From Balanoglossus misakiensis (Eukaryota > Animalia > Hemichordata), in contig CM082576.2 in the NCBI GenBank assembly GCA_040954595.2, positions 8,683,129 to 8,747,128 of the forward strand: a DNA stretch of 64,000 bases. The letters run 5' to 3'. The notes beneath the pieces are model-generated. The model worked only from the letters and a program-made list of their open reading frames with translations, was not told the DNA's origin and made no database searches. Shown one piece after another: positions 15,001 through 26,500 of the stretch. The position numbers and the translations under genes are program-made. Each line of letters opens with the position of its first letter. Position 1 is the stretch's first letter.

Positions 15001-16726
15001 TACGTTTGCGACGCTTCGGACGATCCGGCGTTTCCGACGTCCAGCACGTCGTTGCTTGCCTCCGTTTTGAAGTCTCTGAACGTGATTTTGAGGGTGCCCT
15101 CGTTGGCGAAGAGAATCCAGTCACATTTTTGGTTGCTGATATAATTGCTTGGATACCCAGGTGACGACAGGCTGAACGTGTTTCCGCAACCTACGTTGTG
15201 CGCTCCGCCACAGGATGGTTCTGTAGTACAAAATAAAAGCGATTGAGATTAGGCCGAACCGATTGCCAAAGTGCGCACTCTCGTGCCGCGGCCATCTTGA
15301 ATGTCGCGAACACCCGGCTATTGGGCAGCTACTTACCCTTTTAGTCCCCGTGAAAATCTCTCGGGCTCCTGTCCCACCGATGTGTGTGTGTCGCGAGAGA
15401 CAGACTTGAAAGATTGAGACTGTGATAGCGCTTCATTTTGAAAATAAAACAAGCGTGTGCGCAAAACAACAATCGCAGTCCAACATTGAGAGAGTCGATC
15501 GATATCCTTACCTGCTTGTGACGCAAACGAAACCAATATGGTTGCCACTACCACCAGTCGCTTAATCTGTCAAAACGCAGAACAAAAATAGTGGTTCTTG
15601 CTTCAATGAAAATGTAACCGAAAACAAAATGCTTGCACATCGTCACGTACATGTACACGGTCGTGTAATCGCCATTGCAATAAAAGAGCCTTATGCTTAT
15701 TTCGCCAAATACTGGGTGAATCTGAGAAATAACGGAATAGCTGAAATATGCTCTTTGCCCTAGTCTCCAACATTCCCTGTTCTCTTGAAGATCAAATGTT
15801 CCATATTTATTATTCTGTTTTAGCCGGGCGTTTTCGTTTTTGAATGGTTCTCGAACTGATAATTCTTCATCCTATTTGATTCGGACATATTCATAATATT
15901 CTGACGGAACCTCTCATTTTCCTACCATATTGCTGATGATATGGCGAACGTTTACGATTTCACTATGGCACCGATAAGAAAGGTGTGTTCGTTTTCTAAA
16001 TGTCATTTCAGTTTACATCATGATTTCAAAAGTCAAACACTGGTGACACATTAATTTTCATAGTATACGACATTTCAGTTGCCGTAAGGAAGTTTCTGAG
16101 AATACATTCAGACAACAAGTGGTAGTTGTCTAAGATTCAATATTTGACGACATTTTGAATTTCACCGGATGTCCTTTATCGATTTTGCGAGGCAGCGCGT
16201 CCGTGTTAATTTTTGACCACGGTAACTTATTTTTGTTTTGTTTGAAATCATTCGGACATAGTGGAAAATCTCAGTACCTCTGTCTGGTGTCGCACTGTTT
16301 CCACATTATACGTTCGTCAGAGTTACTTGTCCGTCTTAAAATAATGTCACGCCATAGATACATGTACAGTTGTCACAGTAAATAGTACACTTGGCATTTA
16401 AACTCTCCGGAAAAGCAGTGCAGTTTTCACAGATAAGCAAAATTGGATTAGAAAACGAGCTTCAACCTTAAAAATACATGAACACGAAGAAACGTGGTGT
16501 CAATTTTCGCTTCTAAATTTCCTACATTTGGGTAACCTTTTTGACCAACATATCGATGCCATAACGATTCTCCAGCGGTTCATACTAACTCGCAGCATTC
16601 CCTTACCATTCCTTCGGATGAACAATGCTTAATTTTGTAGAATGATAGTAAATAAACTAAACAACAACAGCAATAAAGACAAAGAGGCCTTACCCTGTCC
16701 ACAAAAACCGTAGATGCACAGATCAT
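1..16726 (-). CDS. Polycystin-1 family (PKD1L2/REJ-like) gene A, multi-exon, 3' end runs off the window: signal peptide, CUBx3, LDLax2, CUBx3, short REJ, GAIN/GPS, TM1, PLAT/LH2, TM segments, TOP and PKD channel domain
   Basis: Exon translations: GPS '[24 protein letters not shown]' (~5980-6050); PLAT '[21 protein letters not shown]' (~5580-5650), 'WHDNSG' (~5030) and '[35 protein letters not shown]' (4451-4757); TOP '[11 protein letters not shown]', 'YSGGGY'-like '[11 protein letters not shown]', '[23 protein letters not shown]'; channel exon 79-651. The signal-peptide exon 15512-15566 reads [18 protein letters not shown]. The start is either the ATG at 16609 directly before a GTAAGG donor or the ATG at 16726. 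Confidence 0.93.
2723..2760. repeat. (CCAT)n microsatellite, intronic
   Basis: tccatccatccatccatccatcc... seen directly. Confidence 0.9.
5980..6073 (-). other. GPS autoproteolysis motif of gene A (HL|T at 6020-6028)
   Basis: Translation [18 protein letters not shown] matches the polycystin GAIN/GPS consensus. Confidence 0.9.
11007..15220 (-). other. Gene A ectodomain exons: CUB1 14879-15220, CUB2 14288-14620, CUB3 13724-14068, LDLa 13407-13535, LDLa 12979-13140, CUB4 12418-12756, CUB5 11695-12039, CUB6+linker 11007-11418
   Basis: CUB motifs (CGG..SPxYPxxY...C.W...F..F.TE...D.L.VG...SG..LP..W......W..W.SD.S....GW) and LDLa motifs (C...F.C....CI...W.CD...DC.D.SDE..C). Each exon is bounded by AG/GT and starts in phase 1. 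Confidence 0.88.
14762..14813. mobile_element. 52-bp micro-MITE with 11-bp TIRs, internal (CCCTAA)n telomeric repeats and a 7-bp TSD; P-element-like
   Basis: TIRs CATAGACCCTA (14762-14772) and TAGGGTCTATG (14803-14813). Direct repeat CTGGAAT at 14755-14761 and 14814-14820. Superfamily assignment is an inference from CA-starting TIRs and the 7-bp TSD. Confidence 0.75.
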
Positions 16727-18043
16727 CGCCGCGGTTTAGTCGTCAGCATATTTATTTTCCAACACGACGTAGTGTGTCATGGCTGCCTCGGTGAAAAAGA
16801 CAATGTGGTAAAGCCTCTCTCAAAATGCAGATTGGCCACCACAATCAGGAAGGCAGGTGCCATTGATAAAGTGGGAGGGGGTTATTGGCAAGGAGAGGAT
16901 TACTAAAAAAAAAGCGTATTTGGGAAGGTTTCACTAACATCTCACAGTGAGGAGATTGCTTTAATTTTATGTGAAAATACATACTTTACGTCCCAATAAG
17001 ATTGTCTCCACCCGCTTGTAACCGAATCAAGCATTTGGAATAATTCAGCGATAACGTAAGAACCTAAGCAATGTATGGTAGGTAAAGCAAAAGGTGTTTT
17101 AGTTTGTAATAAAGTATGTGGTTTTTCGTAAAGATGTCATTTGGCTTGGTAGATTGTGTCACTAACACACGTCGCTAAGTTTCAATTGCCCCCTGGATCG
17201 AAAAAAAAACTGTGGCGCAAGTATTTTTCCGAGCGTTTCCGCTCTGCATGTCCCCCTCCAAAGAGTTAGTGTGTAACACCCCCTTAATTAACTTTATTAA
17301 ATATTCACGCCGTCTTTCGATCTGTACAGTTGTCATTTCTTTTTGCCTCTTGGCCATATTGGTCTCAGTGTCCATTGTTTAAACAATAAGTGGCAAGAAC
17401 GGAAACATGGAAAAAAATCGTTATTTCGTTGCTAAGAATGTACAGCGCGGGGGGGGGGGGGGTCAATAGAAGCCCTCTTCTCCTCGAAAAAGACTGGATC
17501 GCTTTAAATCTTTAAATTACTGTTGCTTCTAATTCAGCTACAGAGTAGAGTACAAGTGAAAAATTAATACAAATTGTCATTTCCATTGCCTACCAAAAAT
17601 GTGTAATCAAATTGGGTTTGTTGTGTCGCGCTTCAGATCATTCGGCAAATTACATGGACTTCACACGAAGAGCTGGGGTTGGCAAAAAAGCCGATCGATG
17701 GATTTTTGGTATTACTTGGGTGCTTAAAATTGCGCTCTTTAACGATAGTAGACGGTCAAGGCAGCGATCAAACGGAAAGATTTATTTGTTTTTGCCTCCA
17801 CCGTGATAGCTTCAAGCGTCTCGAGTGGAAATCGTGACAGATTCACTTGCCCACGTATAGGAACTTGTTGAATTTGTGGGAGCCATCGATTTCCGATTCA
17901 CCCAGCTAAACCTAGTTATAAACAATTGTTTTTTCTTCCCGTCGGTCGATGACACTAATCGAAGGCTAATGCAAGGTCGTTCTCACCAAATCGATTAGGG
18001 TAGAAGACCAAAGTCGAAAATTCCAGTCTATGTTTATTTTTAC

Positions 18044-18160
18044 TGTCTGTCTGTATGTATGTATGTATGTCTGTCTGTCTGTCTGCTTGCCTGTCTGCCT
18101 GCTAGCAAGCAAGTTCGTTTGCTTGTTTGTTTGCTTGCTTGCTTGTGTTTGTATTTGTGT
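18044..18160. repeat. Compound tetranucleotide microsatellite (TGTC/TGTA/TTGC/TTGT)
   Basis: tgtctgtctgtatgtatgtatgtatgtctgtctgtct...ttgtttgtttgcttgcttgc. Confidence 0.85.
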
Positions 18161-18552
18161 GTACGTTTGTCTGTATATTTGTCCGTTTAGTTTTACGTGC
18201 TTGCGCATCAAGTCAGTTTACTATGGCTTCTACCTGGACAGACACACTCGCCTGAGCGCCACACCGACACAAGTTCAAAGGTTGAGCCCTCTGGAGGGAG
18301 ATAATCACCACCCCGCCAAAAACGTGTACCACTATCACACGTCAATATTCACCATCAATTAATCTCTTTTAATCGTTTCAACAATTCTCACTGATTTGGG
18401 GTCGGTCCATTTTGACGTACACCTAAACCAACTTGACTTATTCCCCGGCAGCGCTGAAGATCTTACCAGTTTCCCAGCGTAATTTGAATAACGTCAGCGA
18501 CACTTCAATCACAAGACACAAATGTTGCAGTCTGCCCCTCAAAGGTTGCCCT

Positions 18553-19377
18553 TTACACTCTGGCGAAGACACGTCTCGTGGTCACCCCGCCCACAGTCAT
18601 CGTGCACACCATCTTCTTATCAATGACTTCATAACTGACGTGTTCCACCGTCTTGGCCGCCGATTTTTCCTTGCATTGGTACACCAGCTTGTCGCCATCG
18701 ATACCTGTAGTCATCTGTATCTTCTCACGTGTGTATGGGTGCTCCAACTCAAAGTCCTGACCGACCTGCAAACAGATGTGTTGAATATACAACGTAAACA
18801 AGTAGCGAAAATTCAAAATAATAGATCGTGATTTTAATATATGTTGGCGTATAGAGGTCAATCAACTTTCTCCGATGACACCTCTAACTCACATATTTCG
18901 TACGTTAAATGCTATGCAAACGTATGCAGGATTCATTGTTATGTAAGCTTGTGCCAACCTTTCTTTCCAAAGGTATACATGTCTATGTGCAATATCAATG
19001 CGCCGATGCAGTCAGACTCATGCGTGATTTACCCTCCCGTTAGAATATCGATTACATTTCGTACGAATCTGGTTTTATTTGGTGGGGTGGGAGGTGTTCA
19101 ATACCAAGAGAATATTCGAGAGCAAAACAATCAGAATGACTGTGATTAGGACGACAAATTACCGTAAGATTTTGCTCGAGCGTGTAGTCCGGACCTGTGT
19201 GTCTTAGTGTGACCATGGTGTGACGTGGTCCCCGCTGACCTCAATCTCAGCCAACGGTCTCTTCTTCATGCATCTTGGCCTTTCCTCCTGATCGACGCCC
19301 ACCACCTCGAGAATACCGTCGTAGTTTTCCTGGGACTCCAATTCCCAGGAGCCGGCGAGTTCTTGAAGACTCCCCAT
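18553..19377 (-). pseudogene. Intracellular lipid-binding protein (FABP/CRABP-like, ~141 aa), two exons (19163-19377, 18553-18765), with an apparent +2 frameshift near 19220; pseudogene, null allele or sequence error
   Basis: N-terminus MGSLQELAGSWELESQENYDGILEVVGV carries the FABP GxW..ENyd motif. Exon 2 reads VGQDFELEHP...GDKLVYQ...MVCTMTVGGVTTRRVFARV. Exon 1 is 215 nt (not a multiple of 3) while exon 2 begins in phase 0, and the read-through frame hits TAA at 19204-19206. Confidence 0.75.
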
Positions 19378-20534
19378 GTCCGGTGCTGCTCGTGTGACGC
19401 CCTCCCCGTTTCTGGACAGTTTACCGGACACAGGCAGGACGGGTAAACGTTTATCGGGCCGTATGTTAATTTGTGACACCACCAAACTGCCACCACTCTT
19501 CAACGGGCATTATTATTATTCTCGGCTGGAGTATCAGTTGTGCAACATCGGCGAATTATCTTGTGCCCGCCCATCAGTCCTGCAATCACATCAAGGCCAC
19601 AAATGGAACACTACATTGCACACAGTCACTTCTAATGCTGTAATCCAGGTGGATTCCGAAAACATGTAAATTTTAATTCTCCAAATTTTTTAATAATTAT
19701 GTATGACAGAGATCGTTTATACACTCAATAAAATATACTGCATAAGCTTAGCCAACAATCATAAATTTTACTTAATATTGCGCTTGAATATTGCTATTTA
19801 CATAATTTGCATGTAAATATAGTGGGTACCTCTTGGTCAAATTGTCCTTGGGTTGCAGGGTTGCATGCAATTTTGATTCTAATATCGTGATCTCCACTCC
19901 GTTTCGTAATTTCGTATCAGAAGAGAGTTATCCTCACTCATATTTGACGTCATTGTATTGCAGCTGGCGCAATTATTCGTTTTCTCTAACCAAATGAAAC
20001 AAACTGAACATTCATATACATGTAGTTCCAGCGACACAGTGCATTACATTCACGTCAATCGTGTTTTCTGCGTATCGCCTGAGTTGAGAGGTCGTCTTGC
20101 CGATGAGATTTCTCCTGCGCCAGCGCAAAACGACGGCGTTTAACCGCACGCACATCATCCTGGCGCTGTCACCTTGACCACTTGACAGACAACGTAGGAA
20201 TTCATGAACACTTAAGGTATTTTTTTCCCAATACAATCCACATCAATCACCTAAATTCAATCACGATAAACACCCGTCAAACGGGCGTCACATATGTGAC
20301 AGGAGCTGCAGTAGAAATCGAGGTTGCTGGAACATTCGTTACTGGAAAACGTCACACAATCAATTAGGTGTTATTTTGCTATACATACTTCGTATGATGA
20401 TTTCAATTAATCTCGTCCCAATGTGCTTTGTGTCAGCATTTTGTGTCAGACATGGTATTGCAGGCATGCATATGTATTGTGCAAAATCGCACAGTGAGTT
20501 TTATAAAATTACGAATACACCGATCACATTCAGT

Positions 20535-23500
20535 CTAGTCAACAACAAAATCGTGTAAATTCAGACAGCGCGTTGTCTTTCTGGGTAATGTTAGCCATCC
20601 TTTCAGAAGAGCCTTGTCAAAGTAATCCAAAATCACCCGGGAAATGTCTTTTTGTACCTTCTTCGGAAGGTCGAACCATTTCATGCTGGCCTTCTTTATC
20701 TTCAGACTGTTCGTCCTCTCGTTGACGTAGGCCAGCCTTATCACTTTGGCGTTCTCTTTGTAAAACTTCCACCACAGCCGCGCCTTGTCGCGCACGAGAG
20801 TCGTCTGGATTTCGCCGATGACCTCCACCATGTTCCGCAGCATGTCGGCCCGACACGGACGGATCGTCGGACAGCGCAGCATGACGTGGCGCTCGATGCT
20901 CTTGGTCGTCGTCTTGGCGCGGCACAGGTGACACCGCCCGGCTTTGCTCTCGAAGGGCAGCGCCGCGTCCTCCCGCATGAAGGAGGGCACCCGGGCCAGG
21001 GGACTGGGTCTGGGCGGTTCGACGGTCTCCTCCCCGAACGCGTACTTCGGTTGGTACACGCGGACGGTCGGGTTCTCCTCGTAAATGGTGTCCGGGTCGA
21101 TGATGAATCTCGTACGGACAAACTTCCCTTTCCTGGCGAGAGAATCATTTCAAAACGATTAATTGCATGGGTGAGATACTCCACACAGCATAAGCCTCAA
21201 AGCTGTTGAGTAGGATCCCGAGTACGTAAACTTTACATGAGGGCTCGCCATTCTATTCTTGCTTTACTAACCTCACGCTTTCCTCAAGCAACACTGCATC
21301 CATATAGGTAGAGATGACGTTAATCCTCTCCTTCAGGTCTTCCAGGCAGTAGTAGTTGCACGCCGCCGGCAGAACCTCGTTGACCGTCGGTAGCGGACTC
21401 TTCACGGCGTACTTCTCGGCGGTTTTGCTGGTGGCTGCCTTGGGCTGGGACGCCGCCGCCGCCAACTTCTTGACTTCGTCTTCGCAGTGCACCGTTGTCT
21501 TCGACGATGTCCTGCTCGGAAGGTCTGTCATGGGAATTATACGGTACTCTGACAGTAAGACTTTTGATGTAACTATGGGTTTATGTTAGATGGCAAGCGA
21601 GATGGATCTACCAACCCAAAGAAGGTCAAAATAGGTCCAAACGCTTCCTGTTCAATACACCTGCTACCGCCCTTTAAGTGGGTTTCAGCCGAAAAAAGCC
21701 TGACATTTACATATAACGGATCGGTTACCCCAGAGCTGTAAAAAAACCTACCATCAACTTGTATTTCTTCTGTGTCATTGTCACACTCTTCGTCGTCTGA
21801 ATCGCTCCCTCCGATGCCAAGGATCTCCTTAATATTCGTCGACAGGAAGTTCAACATTTCGTACTTATTCTCCTCCCTGTCGTTGTCTGCTTTCACCGTC
21901 AGGAATGCCACGATGATGATGGTTATGAACATTGTCATCAAGATGGCGTACATGAACAAGTTGAAGGTGAAAAAGAAGATGGAGCCCAGGACGCCCCCGG
22001 CGTCGGAGATGTCGTCGTAGTCAAACTGACCCAGCCACGTGGAGAACAGGCTCTCAATAGCCGTGACGAACGTCCTGTAGCCGGTGGTTTTGGAGCCGAC
22101 CAGCAGGTAATAAGACTGGCCGTAGGCGAACATCACGATGAAGAAAACGATGGCGTAGTAAATGAAATCCTTCGACGCGTGCCTTAGGGTCCTGGCGAGC
22201 AGGGCCATGCGACGGTTGAAGCGGAGGATGTTGATCAGCTTGAGGAAAGACAGAAAGACGATCGATCCCAAGATGTACAGATACACTTCGTCTCTGGCAG
22301 CCGCTGTCTGTAAATTCACGAACTCTGTCGGGCCTGAAACAAAAAAAGAACGCCAGTTAGAAATGAAATCAAGTGGTAAAACAAATTTGAACACGGTAAA
22401 ACCAGGATTGACCATGCGACATCATTCCACCTGATGAGCAAATAACACTTCAAAAAACAGTTTATGTATAATTATATTATACCAGTATATTGATGGTGTA
22501 AATCACGCTATTTGATTGGTCGAGACACGACACGTGACCGTGATATATTAGCCATATACCACAGTCATATATCATAGTCAAAGAAAATGCCTTTTTAAAA
22601 TGTTTTATGCAAAGTTTCAATATACTGGCATAATATAATAGCAATAAAACACCCCCAGCCATGGTATACCACTCGATTTTGACCAGTTCAACTCCATATA
22701 CGCACTCGCTATCGCTCGTGCGTATATGTCGTGAACTGGTCAAAATCTCGTGGTATACCATGGCTGGGGGTGTTTTATTGCTTAAGTATACAATGTATGT
22801 GTGTTGTTCTCTGTGTGCTTTACCTTGTGATGCTATGGTATCCGCTGCAAAACTTGCCGAGGCGTGTTGGTAAATGGCCAGGAAAATCGCACTCACACAC
22901 AGAGCAAGTTTAACCATCTGTAAATAATGTCGTATAAATGGACAAATGGTTAGTCAAAGTCCATAGCAAAAATCACGCGCCGAGCTGTAAACAACGAAGT
23001 ACATGTTAAAGTGTTACATGATGATCTCACCTCGACCCACGACCAGTAACTTTTGAAGTACGACCACTTCTTCCGCTTGATTTTCAAAACCTCTCGCACG
23101 ATAAAGTAGACGACGAAGGCGATGAAGATGAGTTCACACGTGAGATAGAACATCCAGAAGCTGCCGACGAAGTGATACAGGCGAAGAACCGAGATGGTGC
23201 GGAAAAGCAGCGCACCGCCAGTGGCGGGAAACTCGACCAGTAGGGTGACCATGCTTAAAGGGTAAAAGAATAGGCCTTGTTAGTCCCAGTGGTAGTAGCC
23301 AAGAGTACACAAATAGCAGTTTCAAGGGCAATTCCTGTTTAAGGGTCGGAGACTACCCACAGGTATAGTGCATGGTGGTTACCACATTGAGATATTTCTA
23401 CCATATGATAGGAACACCTCTGTCCCATGGATTTTTATTTCAAGTTGCAGGGGGTAGACAAATGTAATCACAGACAAATATTTAACAGGTAGGTTGCTCA

Positions 23501-26500
23501 CCTGAATAAATTGGCATTTGCATTGTAGAGAGGAAACTCTATGAATAGAGCTCTGCTCACGTGATCAAACCACAACGAGGACCACAGGTAATCTATCCGA
23601 CTTTGTGCTCGTCCAATACTCATTCCTTGAAAAGTAAAAAAAAAAACGCAACATGAATTTGATTTTGATGATTACATTAACGCTTCTGTACCATGGACAG
23701 ACGACACTTTAAAAAGGAATTTAGAGAAAAAAAACATCTGCAATGTTGCCCCAATGTGTACGTTATAAGAGATGTGCGGCTGGAAACAGTTCAAATACGA
23801 GTAAAACGTCATAGGTTTCTGTGTATCTCACCAAGTTCAGCAATGTAGCCTCCGCCGTAGAACATCCTCGTTTTGCCGTATATGGGCATCCCGTCCAATT
23901 CATCGGAAGGTCGATAAAGCCACGGTTCCCCGGTGTTCAGCGTGTCGTTATACGGCAACCAGAATTCGCTGTACGAAGACTCGTCTTCGCTGTCAATTGA
24001 ATACTCTTCATAGCACGCTGGAATGAGGTCCGCAAACTGGCGCAGTACGTTACAGAGTCCTGTGAAATATATATGTAGTAAGAGCAAAATGTGATTTTCC
24101 ACTCATTGCAAGATCCCGCGAGACATGGACTGTACTACAATTTCAGACAAACATTATAGTCATTTTTATTACCATGTCTGACCCTCAGGTGCCGGAGTCG
24201 CGGGGAACCAATGCGGTATGACGTCAGCCCTTCTATGAAGTGTCTCTCCTGGCTGGGCAGGTTGTCACCATTGTACCACTCAGTCGGGTAAAGACCCGGT
24301 AACAGAACGTCCGTCAACCAGTCGCCAAGGCCCGCGAATCCGTCAATCTGCAGTTACAAAAAAATGCACGGTAAGCCAATCGTCGATGAAGTGATGTCAC
24401 AACATGAATTAGAATACCGTTCTTGTATACCACTTTCATAAAACTAAACTACCCGGGATTTAAATGATAAAATATCAGGTTCACGTTTTCGAAATCAGTG
24501 AACGTTGGGAAGAAAACTACACGCCAGTAGTCTATTTTGAATTCGCTTGTACATCATTACCACACATATCTGAGAGATACCTACCGATTCAAATTCGTCG
24601 TTCTGAAAGAACACATTATCAATGGCTTGGTGCTGATAAAAAGTATCTATACTTCTGTTGCTGAAGGCCAGTATGTAAATTATGATAAGATAGAGTACAT
24701 ATGTGATGATCTCCTTGGTGAGCTGCCACATTCTAACTTCTTTCTGCCGCTTGAGGCGCGCTCCCTCTAGTTTCACCGGATCGGGAGGGGCAAGTGGGGG
24801 AGGCTCGTACCTGATGATATCTGCAGATTAAACGAAACGCATCAGCAGAAGTTTTTAGATTCAGTTTTTATACACGGTCACACACTCGGGAAACGAATCC
24901 ACTGAGACAAACTGCAGACTTGTGACGTCTGTATTCTTCAAGTATAACACCCATCGTCCAGTGACACAAACAGGCAGCGTTAATTCTTTCTTTATGGTCC
25001 CTTGCGCGTATTTCACTTTCGCACTTTTGTGCGCGTGCTGCTGACGTGAAAACAGTAGCAACCATAGTTCTTTACCTTCTGAGTCGTGTTTGGAGTGCAT
25101 GTATTCCTCATCGTCTTGCAGTTTGACGTTGTACACCTCGGTTTCACCATCCGGGTTTCTGAATATGATGGCTAGTAGTATGGCGATGCATAAAACCTTT
25201 GCAACAATAATGGTAGGAGAAAAACGCGTTGAATAAGATGAAATATCATTGTGCTACGAGTTGAATGATTCAATCTTTACCCCAAAAAAACCTCAAAGAA
25301 AAAACTCAGACCCCGTGTGTTGTCATTTACAATTATTATATAGAATAGTATTTTTTTGTTCATAACTGCATCAATTACAGTAGATTGGGACAAAATTGTG
25401 GTTAACGATAGTATTGCAAGGCAGGGTAACATGTGGCCACGGCATTACCTTGATGGGCTGGATGACGAAGACGCTTTGCACGAAAGAGGTCAAGAATGAC
25501 ACCAGCCAATCGATGGACTTGTCGTTGCCCCACTCCATACTGTACAGAATGGTGAAGAAGGCCGACAGCGCCGAGGAGAGAAACACCAAACACCAGGCGA
25601 TGTAGACACACCAGTGAGGAAACGTGAACGGCGTCTTTGTCTTCTTTTCCGCGTCGCGTCTGTCTTCCGATGCGCCGTCGGCCGGTTTCTCTTCTGCTAC
25701 GACGCCGTTCCCGCGAGCTGTCGTCACTGAACCGTTGGTCTGGTCCTTCTCCGTGACGGTTGTCGTCGTGCTGATGTTGTCGGCGATCTTGATGCCGCCG
25801 TACACGGACTCCTTCTTCTTCTCCTCCCCGGCGACGCTGTCCGGAGTGCCGCTGCCGCTCTTCAGCAGCAGCTCCACGTCCGAGTTGGCGGCTTTGCTGG
25901 CGAAGGAGAACTTCCTGTAGGGGAACCCGTACGAGATGCGCCGCTCGTACTCCTTGTCCGCTTCTTCGATGTCCCTCTTGATGTCCTTCAGGATTCGGTC
26001 CACGTCGTGGGTGCTCTTCTTCCGTTTGTCGCCCGCTTCTGCGTCGGCGTCGTTGGCGACGGCACCGGCGGTATCTTTCTCAGCTGGTTCGGTCGGCGGT
26101 GGATCTTTCTCTGCAGCCGCGATCAACATTTCTTTGGGTCGACTCTTCCGGAAAAGCTGGATCAGCATCAAGTTGACCGGGAACACGATGAGACTGCTCA
26201 TGACGCCGACGTATATGGAGTGTAGTGTGAAAGTAAACGGACCTGGAAATGAATAAAATGTTCATTGTACTGCTAAAGTCAATATGATTCATAATGAAAA
26301 TGAACGATTCGGGACATTTTCAGCGTGCGTGGGGATTTACATTTTTCATAGTCCGGACATTATCAGAACTTTGCGCAGTTCCATGACAACGTACCTAACT
26401 CGATGACCCGGCTGGTAACACTGCTCCCTTCAGTGTTGTACCACATGCAGTTGGCAATCATGGACGTGTAGAGAATGGACAGGCAGCAGGAGACCCTCTG

